A DNA stretch of 64,000 nt from the human T2T-CHM13v2.0 reference genome, Homo sapiens. The notes beneath the pieces are model-generated. The model was given only the letters and a program-made list of their open reading frames with translations. It was not told the origin of the DNA and made no database searches. The translations under genes and the position numbers were made by a program. This document shows, one piece after another, positions 41,354 through 53,797 of this stretch; the first letter of the stretch is position 1, and every line of letters starts with the position of its first letter. Where the stretch lies: assembly GCF_009914755.1 (NCBI RefSeq), contig NC_060936.1. One strand, written 5' to 3'.

Positions 41354-41869
41354 AAAATTACTCACAGTGCCTTGTAAATTATAACACTTTATATAAACAT
41401 AAGGTCCATCACAATGTTACTGTTTATTTTCCTGCAAATCTCATTAGATTGCTTAGCCATTTCGTCTTGAAATTTTGCTTGGTGTTAATGAACAGGGTGC
41501 AAGTTCTTTAATGTTTTTGAGAATGCTTTATGAAAAAAAGGTGGTTGGATTAGACGATTTCTATGGTGACCTTCTGCCCAAACCTGCCACGGCTGTATGA
41601 GTCTAAGTGACAACCGTGCTGTGATTCTCCTGATGGAAATATTTCAGGACTGTGAGTAGTCGCTGTGTGGACAATTGCATAAAGTCCTTCACACCACTTC
41701 ATATAAGAGGGCCTAGAAAAATTCCCATGACTTTGTGCACTAGCTCACTCGTTCACATTTCACTTCACATAATGCCCTTCTCCTTCTCACCTCCCTGCAT
41801 CTCTCTGACCGCATTCACCTTGCCTCCCCTCTTCTAGTACCAGTAAGTAAGCTTTCCTAGGCAAAGGCA

Positions 41870-42055
41870 GAATCTCACCACAGCGAAATTTGCCTCAATT
41901 GCAATCAGCAACAGAGAGGGAAAAACTGTCCAAATTAAGCTGCTTGATTACGGAAATTAATCTTGTCATTTAGCGTCCCTGTTCTGCAGAACAGGGCCTT
42001 TGATTAGCCTCCTTGTTTCAGAATATTACAAGCAGACGTTTATTAAGCAGAAGGC
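41870..42055. promoter_or_regulatory. Candidate developmental enhancer with 20-bp palindrome
   Basis: Repeat-free; several TAAT/ATTA cores, tgtca, ctttgat; palindrome ccctgttctgcagaacaggg at 41977-41996. Confidence 0.4.
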
Positions 42056-42792
42056 TTTTTTTTTTTTTTTTTTTTTGTAGTCAGGCAAGTCACAGGAAAA
42101 GTAAAGGTAGCAAGGGGCTTCTTAAAAAAGGGCACCAAGTCAAGGACTGCCAGTCTGCTTCTGAGTCCGTCTCACAGAGCAGGACTGTCATAGAATCAGG
42201 AACCTTAACCAACCCACCCAGCTTAGGATGGCTCCTCTGAAGGGAAGTTTAAGCAGCAGTAGAAAGATAATCCATAATCTGTTATGCTTTTAGTAATGGA
42301 ATGAGCCTTTTGACCTAGAGACAAAGGATGATTCTAGATGACATTACGCACTGTAAAGTTAAATGCAAATGTGTGGGACATCTGCTGCCTTTCTAAGGCC
42401 ATATACTCTGGCAGCTCTGAATTATTATGTTAGTGTCTAGACTGAGAAAGCCATAAAGATTGCATGAGTGCTTTTGGGGGTGGGGGACAATAGCGGACAT
42501 TCTCTCTTTCCCATCAGTGTGCATCAGCATTTTTAAACACTGAAGGGGTGCTAACTGATGGGCAATTTGCTTCCTAGCCCATGTTCTAAATCTCAGAGCT
42601 TCTAGGGCCACTTTGAGTTTGCTAGTAAGAACAGAGTTAAGTAGGACCTGATCCCAATTCACACAACTTTCTGGTAGAAGGGCTCTAATGGCCCAACTTA
42701 CACCAGTCCAGAGGAAACCCAGCACAGAGCAATGGAGCAACTCAGGGCAGATCCCCAGCACATGATCAGAATGGCTCAGAATGCCTGAGAGG

Positions 42793-43123
42793 CCTTGCAA
42801 TAGTTTGCTGAGAATGATGGTTTCCAGCTTCATCCATGTCCCTACAAAGGACATGAACTTCACTCACAGGTGGGAATTGAACAAGGAGAACACTTAGACA
42901 CAGGAAGGGGAACATCACACACCAGGGCCTGTTGTGGGGTGGGGGAAGGGGGGAGGGATAGCTTAAGGAGATATACCTAATGTAAATGATGAGTTAATGG
43001 GTGCAGCACACCAACATGGTACATGTATACATATGTAACAAACCTGCACATTATGCACATGTACCCTAGAACTTAAAGTATAATAAAAAAAATATATATA
43101 TATATATATACATATAAAATAAA
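42793..43123 (+). mobile_element. L1PA 3' end with 5' inversion (twin priming)
   Basis: 42793-42859 antisense ORF2 end; 42860 onward sense 3'UTR plus A/(TA)n tail; TSD agaatg(c/a)ctgag(a/g)gg. Confidence 0.93.
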
Positions 43124-43350
43124 AGAATGACTGAGGGGGTTCCCGAGCCCTATAGAGTTCAGCGCTCAGGCTATCATGAGCCAATAGATAAAGCAAGGCT
43201 AGGAGAAAACCAGTCATGACAAAAACAAAACCAAACCAAAAACAGCTTAATAACAGATTCTATCCTCTTTAGTTGGACCCAAACATCTGCTTAGAACAAG
43301 AGCAAAGAAACGTAACCAGAGTGATGACCTAGAGTACAGTGGAGGTGTAA

Positions 43351-43537
43351 CAGAATTTCTCAACCATGGCACTATCAGCACTTCAGGCAAGACAATTCTT
43401 TGATGTAGGGGCCTGTCCTGTGCATTGTAAGATGTTGAGCAGCATCCCTGGCCTCCACCCTATAGATGCCAGTATCAACCCCACCCCAACTTGCCAAATG
43501 TCTTCTGGAAGCAAAGTTACCTCATCAAGGACAACTG
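43351..43537. mobile_element. MER20 (hAT-Charlie)
   Basis: ttctcaaccatggcactat...gcctgtcctgtgcattgtaagatgttgagcagcatccctggcctccacc...agatgccagta. Confidence 0.88.
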
Positions 43538-43619
43538 CTCTTGAATATTACCGGTCTCAGAAAAACCAATTTCCTAATTTCCCAAGTAAGCTCACTATAC
43601 ACTTCAGCTCTTTATGAGA

Positions 43620-43865
43620 CAACAAGGTGTGGTAGGAAGACCAGGAGGTTTAGTGGCCAAGAGGCTATGATCAACTCCCAGCCACTTTGTACTAAGCATG
43701 TGGACATAACTAAGACAGTTCATCTCTGTGAGACTTCATATCCTTGTTTGTCAAATGAGAACAATAATAACCCCATTGCTGGACTTTTAAGAGGATTAAA
43801 AGAGATAATAATGTATGTCTGGTGCTGCTTATATAGGAGATATTTTAAAATAATGGTTGTTATGT
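43620..43865 (+). mobile_element. MIR
   Basis: catctctgtgagacttcatatccttgtttgtcaaatgaga...gaggattaaaagagataata. Confidence 0.6.
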
Positions 43866-44129
43866 GACTCAAAATCCTAAAATGCTAATCTAAGACAGAG
43901 AACCACTTGCCAAAGATAGAATTCATAAAGTAAAATATTAGCCTGAGAGATGGTCAGCATGACAATTTGTCTTAAAAGGGTATAAGGAGGAAAAAAAGAA
44001 AGAAATCAGCAACACCCACTAGAAGATGAGTTCCTCAAAGGCAGGAATAAGTTATAACTAGCAGTGCTAAATGAATACTGAATAAATGGATAAACCTATC
44101 TGAATTGGCCTTTTGTCCCACTTTTGTTC

Positions 44130-44840
44130 CCCCACTCCCACTGTCTAATCTTCATCCAGCAATCAGAGTACTCTTTTGTAAACAGAAGTTCTCCAATTTT
44201 TTTCTACACACTTAGAACATGACCCAGAAATGTTAGGCTGCTCTGTGGGATCCAGTCTGCCTCATCTTGTGCCTCTCTCCCCAGTCTTTCTGCTCTAGTC
44301 AGGAGATCTTCTTGCTCTGCCTTGAACTTCCAGAATCATTCCTGCTTAGGGGTTCTCTGCTTGCTGTTCTGAACCCAGAGAGCTCCCCATTCTTTCCTAC
44401 CCTCCGGGTTTTTGCTCAGACACCATCGCTTCCAAGAGACCTTCCCTACCATCCTGTTTAAATGAAACCCCACCACCCCCCTCCCCACCAACCTCCAATA
44501 TTCTTTATTCTCTTACAGTACTTACTTTCCGCATAGTACTTAATTCTGTCTCAAATCATTTTTTTTTTTTTCGAGACAGAGGCTTGCTCTGTTGCCCAGG
44601 CTGGAGTGCAATGTCACGATCTTGGCTTACTGCAACCTCTGACTCCCAGGTTCAAGCGATTCTCATGCCTCAGCCTCCTGAGTAGCGGGGATATTTGTGT
44701 GTGTGTGCGCGCGCATTTGGTTTTCCATCTGTGTCCTCTACTAAAAAGTTTCATTAAAGCAGGGATTCTACTGTGTCTACTCAGTAGCTTCGAGGTCTAT
44801 CCTATAATGGGCACTCAGGAAATATTTGTTGATTGGGTGT
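44130..44840 (+). mobile_element. L2 (interrupted by a partial Alu)
   Basis: Degenerate L2 body and 3' end (catctgtgtcctctactaaaaagtttcattaaagcaggga...ggcactcaggaaatatttgttga). Confidence 0.55.
44559..44692 (-). mobile_element. Partial Alu (right arm only)
   Basis: T-tract, gagacagaggcttgctctgttgcccaggctggagtgc...gcctcagcctcctgagtagc. Confidence 0.9.
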
Positions 44841-45615
44841 AGTTTTGTGAATATGCTCATGACCATGTGGTCATTCTAAAGGGCTTTATTATTTGTGAGT
44901 GGAGCCTGTATATTTTTCCAGCAGCCTGCCTCCCTTCGTACAGGGCCCTGAGAAATGGAATAATCCCATTACTAGTGAATGAACAATCAGTTTCTATGTC
45001 TATATCCCACTCCAAACTGAACCTGAAGGCAGATTCTATGTCCTTCTTCTTAATAGTTATTGCACTTCTAATGCCTATACAGTGTCTGGCAAAAATGTTG
45101 ATTTCTCTTAACTGTCAGATGAATCAGAGGAACAAGAAATAATAATCTTTGCTACTGTCAACACTTTCAAATCTTGGGCCAGTCACTCGTACTGTATCAG
45201 AAGAGGGTCACAGAAAACCTGTCTTCTTCTCCTTCCAATACCCCTAATACATCTCTACAGATAACCATCTACCACCTGGTCTGAAAGTCTCACTCTCTGA
45301 ATTGAATTAAGGTGCCAATGAGCAATAAAACATTAGCTACATGTCACATTGAGAAAGATTAATTTATTAGGTCCAGTAGTGAGATTCATTTATCTGATCA
45401 TTAGCCACTGCCATCTATGGCAACTGGCCAAAAACAGAGGCCTAACTTCAGTGAAATGGACATCAGGCATTTATAAGTGTTCGGGAAGGGGATAAGAAAA
45501 ATGCCAAAATAGAGTTGGCAGTATGAAAACCAAACACTCTCTCCTCCTATTCTCATCTGGTAAGGGTCAGGTGTTATTCAGAAATGACCTAGTCTTCTAA
45601 AGAATGTGATCACTC

Positions 45616-45932
45616 AGCTGAGCATGATGGCTCATGCCTGTAATCCCAGGTTTTGGTTTTTTTTGGTTTCGGTTTACTTTAGGAAGCTGAGCCAGGAGGG
45701 TCGCTTGAGTTCAAGAGTTAAAGACCAGCATGTGCAACATAGAGAGACCTCAACTCTACAAAAGAAAAAATTAGCTGGGCACAGTGGCATGTGCCTGCAT
45801 TTTCAGCTACTTGGAAGACTGAGGCAGGAGGATCACTTGAGCCTAGAAGGGCGAGGCTGCAGTGTGCCATTAAAGCGCCACTGTACTCAGCCTGGGTGAC
45901 ACAGTGAGACCCTGTCTTTTAAATAAATAAAT
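45616..45932 (+). mobile_element. AluJ with T-rich internal insertion
   Basis: ggaggatcacttgagcc, gaggctgcagtg, gtgagaccctgtct; TSD aatgtgatcact / aatatggtcact. Confidence 0.88.
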
Positions 45933-46237
45933 ATGGTCACTATTGCCACAGAAACATCAAGAAGAGTCCTCCCTATGCCAGTGCAATGACATTCTGGACT
46001 CTATTACTTACCTGAGGGCTGCAACAGGCATTTCCTGCATTTCCCCTCATAAAGTAGAACATTCCAGGCTTAATATATGAAGCTGTGGGATCAGACAACT
46101 AACATACTAGCCTGACTGGAGAGTGGAGAGTGATAAAATGCTTCTAGTTTGGAATTAGGCACGGAGATCTTCTTTTAACGGAGATAAGGAATGGAGGAGA
46201 CATTAAGGGAAATGTATGAACATGTAGTAAACATACA

Positions 46238-46375
46238 AAGCTCAGGGTTTATGAATGGGCCTCAAGGGATCCTTGAATTCCCTGAAACTGCATGCAGCAT
46301 TTCGTAAGTGGATACTTTTCCAGAAAAGGGGTCTATAGTTTTCATTAGATTCTCAAAGGTCTCCGTGACTCATGG
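46238..46375. mobile_element. MER103-like hAT-Charlie fragment
   Basis: ggggtctatagttttcattagattctcaaaggtctccgtgac. Confidence 0.65.
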
Positions 46376-46666
46376 CCAATCTTTTATAGAAGTCTCAAAA
46401 GAAAAAAAGTAATATATTCTGTATTCTGAAGACATACTGGTGTTCACAGGCAGGGTTAAAGTTTTGAGTTAATCAACCCCTCCAACCTCCATAAAAATCG
46501 ATTGAACAAATATGTACTAAGCCCCAAATTATATAAAAGACACTGTGCAGCCCCACTTTTAGGTGTATGCCCAACAGAAGAAACTGCAAAAAAAAAAAGT
46601 CAGAATTCTTTTCTTCTACATGGGAACAAAATTCTTAGCAAAATGTTGACTGAAATAACTTCTGGG

Positions 46667-46695
46667 TTTACAGGCATGAGCCACCACACCCAGCC
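46667..46695 (-). mobile_element. Tailless Alu 5'-terminal fragment
   Basis: Reverse complement ggctgggtgtggtggctcatgcctgtaaa; flanked by perfect 17-bp repeat ctgaaataacttctggg. Confidence 0.85.
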
Positions 46696-47252
46696 CTGAA
46701 ATAACTTCTGGGATCATGCATTTGGACTGAATTTTATTTGCCTATTACATTATCATTTCCCACTATGTATTCTCCCTAATCTCTGTTTTGATATGTATTT
46801 ATCTTTTTTTTTCATTGTTCCTCTTCTCATGTTCAACTAAACCTATTTCAACTGTAGACATTTTCCATGAGCAAAATTCTGCTACACTACTTTGCATTCA
46901 CTAAAGAAATATTAGTACAATATTCAACAAATGAACACTGCAAATGATATAAATTAAGAATTCTGTTTTTTTAATCTATTAAGTCTGAGGAAGCTGTAAG
47001 AGATTAGAGCACAACCTCTGAAAGAAATGGAAGTGAGGAATAGAACTAAGAAAATGAAAGGTAAGATCAGATATGTCGATTCAGGGTGTTTATTATAGAC
47101 ACAAGGTATTTAAAACCATGAAACTATTTGCATTGGAAATGGAGAAATTATGGACTTGTCCTTAACGTGACAACTGTAGACATCTGTAGAGGCATTTCAT
47201 GAATCATGGCAAACTTGTAACCAGATATTATTACTTGCAACAAGGTAAGTAA

Positions 47253-47573
<321 letters not shown>

Positions 47574-47859
47574 TGGGAAATTTTATATGAAACTGGAAAT
47601 CAAAAAAAGTAAAGACCAAGCAATAAAGCTATTTAGAGTCATCCATTCGAATGCTAAATATCAGAATTATGATATAAGGGCAGAATAAGAGTGAGGCAAA
47701 AATCGGAACCAGATGGCAAAGGAAGCATGTGAATATGTTGTAAATTCCAAACATTACTACACTTCTGGGACGCTGGGTACCAAGAATTGGAAACAGGATG
47801 AGGAGAAAATGTTTGTTGGCAGCAATAACAACAAAAGCAGTGCAGGAACATCCAAATAA

Positions 47860-48050
47860 CAGTAATAATAATAGCTAGCATTAATGAGCCCCTACTATGT
47901 TCCAGTGCCTTACACATATTCTCACTGCATCCTAATGACCACTCTACAAGATTCTACAGCAGATGAGGAAGCCGAGGTCAGAAAGATGAAGGCGCTTGCC
48001 AGAGGTCATTTATACAGGACTTAGACCTAAGCCTGCCTAATGTCAAAATG
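47860..48050 (-). mobile_element. MIR
   Basis: ataatagctagcattaatgagcccctactatg...cagatgaggaagccgaggtcagaaagatgaag...cttgcc. Confidence 0.8.
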
Positions 48051-48982
48051 CTAATTCATTCAATATGATATAGGCTAAAAGTAGTGAACAATTTTGAATT
48101 CATTCCTTTTTTGAATTGAGTCCATACATGTCAATAGGGGTGTGTCCAATCTCACAAAACAAGTAATAAAATTACCCATCTTGAGTTGCTTTCTTTTTTC
48201 CTTGCTTTTCATTAAGTTGAACAGCCTTACTTTTGGAGATATTTGAAAATCACAAGACTAATAGTCTGTATGCTTCTGTGCACATGTATTCTCATGCATC
48301 ATCATGGATTCTTCAGATCAACATGGGCAATGACTCAGAGGTGAAAATGATAAATGTGTCACCACTTGAGGATTCCCAAAACTGATTCCTCTTGGGGGAA
48401 ATAGGAAAGTTACCATAGACAAAAAGTCATCAGGAAGGAAGTAGCGGAGATTTAGAGTTGGGATTAAATGTTCAGGTTTCTAGGGAATCTGCAAAGTGTT
48501 TAGATTTAGGAACTTAATGCCTAATGTACAAAACTCTTACAAAAGATGTGAAGGCTGGCAAAGGATTGCTTTCCGTGTTAGAGTATTCCTCAGTATGCAC
48601 TAATTCTCAGCTAGAGGGACCACGAAGAGAGCGAAGAGCCAAGCCAGATCTCACATGCTATGTTTAGCCATTAGGGTTGGCTGGATGACCAGCAAAGGAG
48701 AGAGTCGTTAAAAAGCAAGGTTTTGTGTGTTTGTTTTAGTGTAATGCTTATTTTATATGTTTTAGGACTTATGACAAATTTCACTGGGCCACTAACAGTT
48801 ACAAAATAACCTACGAATCAGCTTAGTACCTAAGAAGAAAACCAGTGAATTTCAGTGAATAATGAGAATTGCCTCCAAGTAACAAAACATTTTCTCCACC
48901 ATTACAGATTTTCACAAGGAAATTTAAGCTCCCTTAACCTATTTTTTCCTCCATTATCAAGTTATGGACATGAACAGCCTTG

Positions 48983-49195
48983 CAGCACTGTCCAATAGAA
49001 CTTCCAGTGATGATAGAAATGTTTTACATCTGTGCTGTCCAATGTGATAGCCAATGGTCTCATGTGACTATGGAGCATTTGAAATGAAGCTCATACTACT
49101 GAGAATTTAATTTTAAATTTATTTAATTTTAACTAATTTAAATTGAAATCTAAATAGCCACATTTGGCTAGTGGCTACTGTACTGGTCACTACAG
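48983..49195. mobile_element. MER3 (hAT-Charlie)
   Basis: cagcactgtccaatagaacttccagtgatgatagaaatgtt...atagccacatttggctagtggctac. Confidence 0.88.
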
Positions 49196-50184
49196 GAACT
49201 TCAGAGCATTGAGAGGTCCTAGATTCTTATTTTCTAGTTCTTCTTGTCTATGAATGTTATTTTCAACTCTTCCCTTAAGTTTCATCTCTTTGATTTTTTA
49301 AACCTGTATTTAAACGTTGATCTCATTTTTCTAGATTTTGTTTATACTGTATCTTTGTCTTAAGATATGTAAAATTCACCTTTTATAGGTCAAAAACAGT
49401 ACAATATCAGCAATCTTATATGATTCAACTTTATATAATGTATCATAGGCTTCTCCAATATGACCTAGATGTAGCACAATGCTATACACATAGGAACCAT
49501 CAGTGGCCGAATAAATGAAAGAATAGATGACTAAATATTGGTTGAATAAATGAGTGACAAAGTCAGATAGGCAGCAGACATTTGCGCAATGCTCAGGGTA
49601 CTTTTCCTCAGATGAATTCAATGTATTGGTACTGAGATTCAGCCATGAAGCAAAAACCTCTGAGAGTATGTTTCAGTCCTGAATTCAGTAAAGGCATCAT
49701 TCAGAACAGACAAGAAAAAAAAAAAAGACATATAGGAACTTCTGACACCGTAACAACAAAACAATCACAGAGTATTGAGAAATTCACAAGTTCCTTGAGC
49801 AGAAAATGATTTAAAATGATAAAGAGTGGGTTGTTTATTGAGGAAGGAAATGGAATCATTAGAGATGGGAGATTTGGGGATACGTGCTAGAAAAACTTGA
49901 AGAGACTATAGAAAAGATGTATGAACATTCTGATAAAGGACTTTGGGGAGTGTTTCTATGTAATAAGAGAATCAGAGAAGTTTAAAAAAAATTGCTGGTT
50001 TTTAGTCTAACAAAATAAGCTGTTGCTGCAGACAACCTTGCCTGGTGTTGCTCATGGAAGCTCATTATGCCTAACTTTGAAGTGAAAAGGTGGGGTTAAA
50101 ATACTCACGAATTTTCTTTCTCCCATTCTAAAAATGTGCTTGTATACTTTCACATTTCTTCTTCTTGTACTTATATTCATGGTC

Positions 50185-50505
50185 TTCATTTGACGTCATT
50201 GCTTACACAACAATCTTTCCATTAAAAGAACACAAGTAGGTGATAACTGTAAGTGTAAAGCAACATCTCATGTCAAGAGAACCAAATACATGCACATGTG
50301 CACACACACACACACTCCCTGCAGTTCCTCAGGTATGAAATGATGCCACAAACCCACTGCTAGCAAGAGATATACTTGAGAGGCATTTGCAGAGTGAAAA
50401 AGAATTTACAGTGACTCATCTGTGACCTTTCATCTGGTCCACATGTGTGAAAAACAGCACACGTGGACAAGTCATATGAAGGGTGAGACCACCCTACGTG
50501 GCTAG
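50185..50505. promoter_or_regulatory. Candidate signal-responsive enhancer (CRE, AP-1, NBRE, multiple E-boxes)
   Basis: tgacgtca 50191; tgactca 50412; tgaccttt 50423; catctg 50417 and 50431; cacgtg 50460; catatg 50473; tacgtg 50495; motif-only evidence. Confidence 0.4.
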
Positions 50506-53309
50506 ATATTAGAGATGACAGGTCTCTAAAGGGACAGATCTTGCACCTCTAGTTCAACAGATTAAAAAATAGGTACAAGGACCTATCACCTACAGTACTG
50601 TGGGACTTAACAATGCTATAAAACAGGACCTAGAAAAGTAGATGGTTATGGAAATGACAATTGATAAGACAAAAAACTAATATTCTCCCCATCCTTCTGG
50701 AAAATGTCCAGAAAATCTAAGGTTCAGACTTTCTAGCAGTGTTTTGAACTCCTTTTTTTCCCCCATTTTCCCATACTTAAAAGAGGCCAGAATAATAGGT
50801 TACAATGAGATTTCAATGATAAAGTCACAGTTTGGATAAGATACCAGCAGGCTTTTTTGGAGCCCATGCTATAAGAAGCATGGAAATTCCACTCTGGGAA
50901 GGAGTGAGCAGCAGACCTGGTTTCCATAGCACTGCCATGGAAACAGCTCTCTGTGACTCTGTGCCTCCAGGCCTTCTGAAACTAAAGCATCGCTCCAACA
51001 CCCACCTCCGTATCACATGCCCCCAACCCCCTCACAAATGATTAAAGAATGTCTTAAGAAAGTGGGGTTCTAACAAGATAATATACATTATATGTGTTAT
51101 GTGTGTGTACATTAATTTCCTTCAAAGATGATTTTAAAATTCAGATGTTTCTTCCTCTTTTATTGGGGAACGGGCTGGTAAAGAAGAGAAAAATAAAAAC
51201 CTAAGCAATCTAAACCTAAGTCAAAAACCCTACACTTGAAATTGGAAAAATACAAATCTTGCCAAGCAGTTTATTAAAGAGATGGGCCTACTAATCCCAT
51301 GCATTGGGTTCTTTTATTTTCTTTTGTCTGCCTGGATGCCAGCATACAAATACAAAGGATTCAATTAACTGTTAGAGCCAAGGAGAGGCTCTTCCCTATC
51401 TTTATCATTGAGGGTTTGGTGCAGGATTTTTTTTTTTCTCAATTTCTATCCCTTGGTCATAATTTTGCAAGAAGAATAAAAGTTTGGAAATGGTTTTCTA
51501 GAATCAGAAAAGTCCAACAGAAGGAAGCATGGGCTCTTTAGCTAGCTTTGTAGCCCTCGTGCCTCCTTCTCTGATGTCTCCAAGGGGGTAAATGACAGTC
51601 AGACAGCGGTGCAGTGGTCCAGAATCTGCCTCCACAGCATGTACTCTAGCTGGGCTGGAGCAACGCCCACTGACTGGGAGCAAACCAAAGGTCAGGAAGC
51701 CTGTTAGTCAGCAGATGCTCGGGAACTCGACAGGGCATATCAGAAAGGCTCTTGGCCCAGCAGCACGGTCCACACACGAGCCACAGGATTGTAGTTAGAA
51801 CTCTTGAAATCCCATTCCTGTTTTCAACTCTTTCTCCACCTGATAAAATAAACTTGGGACATTAATTCTAGCACATGTGGAATGCAAAAATGCAAAAAAG
51901 CATTATACCTGAGAAGAACCTGTTGCTACAGTTGCTGGTCAAATTGTTGAGAGGAAACTTAATAAAGGGAAGTTTCAAAAATTTGCTGATTGGAGAATGG
52001 TTATTATTTTTTTAAATGTCCCCAGAATAACCCAATGATGAGTAAAGACTAAGGAGAGCCCACATATATAGGCAAAGACATTTCAAGTCAGGCCATGGGT
52101 TTCCAACCGCTCAGGAATGGTTCTTCTGGGTCAAACAACTAAAATGCTCTGTCATTATTTCTATACCTGAAAATTCTCCTGTCTACCTTGCTGAGTACTG
52201 TGAAATGGAAAGCAAAGCTGGGATCAGTCAGAGTTAGACAATGGGGAGTAAAATAAGATGGGAGTTCTGAATTATTCATTTTTATTTATGTATTGTAGTG
52301 GCAATTGTTATCGTTTTTTTGTTTCTCCTATATGTTGAGATTGTAAAAAGAGGCCTGAATAATTCAGCATGACTCAAGAAATCATAAATGGAGTACTGTC
52401 TGGGCAGTGAATGCCTATGAAATAGACTCATTTTCTTGTTATTTTTAACATTTGTATGATATGTTGATTTATAATTTAATAACAACCTATGATGGCACTA
52501 ATGAATGCAATAATATTTGCAAGGCATTTCAATATTCTAAACAGGAAAAGAACTGAATCGTCCCACTCCCTTTATTTTAACCAAAGGGCAGGAAGGAGCC
52601 AGCGACCCAGTGGGAAAGAAAAGGGGACATACTGGAACCAAAGGCCATTCCAAGAAGAAGTCAGAGCCCACACATGCCACAGGCATATTTCTGGGTACTA
52701 ATTCATGCCCTGGTTGTTTGAACACTTGTGCTAAGCTCTTCATGCACTTTTATTTCATACCACTGCAAGCCTAGAGGCAAGGCAGGATTTATTTTTAAGA
52801 AGGGGTGTTATTTCAGTCTAAGAGTCACAGGTAAGTTGAGGAAACACAGAAAGTATATATTTCTCATTATTCTTAGAGATTGAGAAGCCAAAGCTCCAAG
52901 TCAAACCTCATATAGTTAAATCTATTTATTATACCTGTTTCACAAAGTCCAGGAATGCTGCTTGAGAGAACCAACTAAAAGGTGAGTAAAAAAGAGAGAA
53001 TAGAAAGTAGTTTTAAGAAGAGAACATCCATTCTCTTAAGATTACTAGCCCTCAACTTTCCATCAAAGACAGAACCATCATGACAGAGCCTGTCCCAGAG
53101 ACTGGTCCAACCCTTTCTTTGGAGCCTTCATGAGTGTTTCACACCAGAGATGTTGACGGCCTTTTGTGGCAGACAAATCATCATACAGGGGTCTCTTTCA
53201 TACTAAAAGCTGTTTAGCAACCCTAGCCCTGCCCATGAAGAGAGAGTAACACTCTACAGCCACATAACCTCGAAAGAATACATTCACACATTTCCAACAC
53301 CTATGAGAG

Positions 53310-53705
53310 CTTTATAAGCTCAACTGTGTCCCTCCAATGTCTATATGTTGAAGGCCTAACCACTAGGACCTAAGAATGTGACAGTATTTGAAGATAGGGT
53401 CTTTAGGGGGTGATTAAGTTAAAGTGAGGCTGTTAATCCTAATCCAATCTGACAAGTGTCTTTATAAAAAGAGGAAATTGGAACACACAAGAAGACACCA
53501 GGACACAGCCATTTAGAAGAAAGACCGTGTGAGTGAGAGAGAAGGTGGCCATCTACAAGCCAAGGAGAGGCCTCAGGAGAAACCAAACCTCCTGACACCT
53601 TGATCTTGCACTTCTAGCCTTCCAAACTTTGAGAAAATATATTCCTGTTGTTTGCACCACCACATCTGTGGTATTTTGTTACCGGGGCCCTAGAAAACTA
53701 AAACA
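53310..53705 (+). mobile_element. MLT1B-like MaLR LTR
   Basis: gaatgtgacagtatttgaagatagggtcttta...aaggtggccatctacaagccaaggagaggcctcag...ctgtggtattttgtta. Confidence 0.88.
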
Positions 53706-53797
53706 GGGACAATACCACCTCCAGCTGACTATGCATCTTCAAGACTCAGCTACACTCATGTTGTCCAAAAACCCTTACTAATCCCTGAAAGGGAATA

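Noticed and set aside
42393-42863. 156-aa minus-strand ORF beginning MKFMSFVGTWMKLETIILSKL
   Set aside because: The N-terminus is the inverted L1 ORF2 end reading into flanking DNA; it is a by-product of the inversion.
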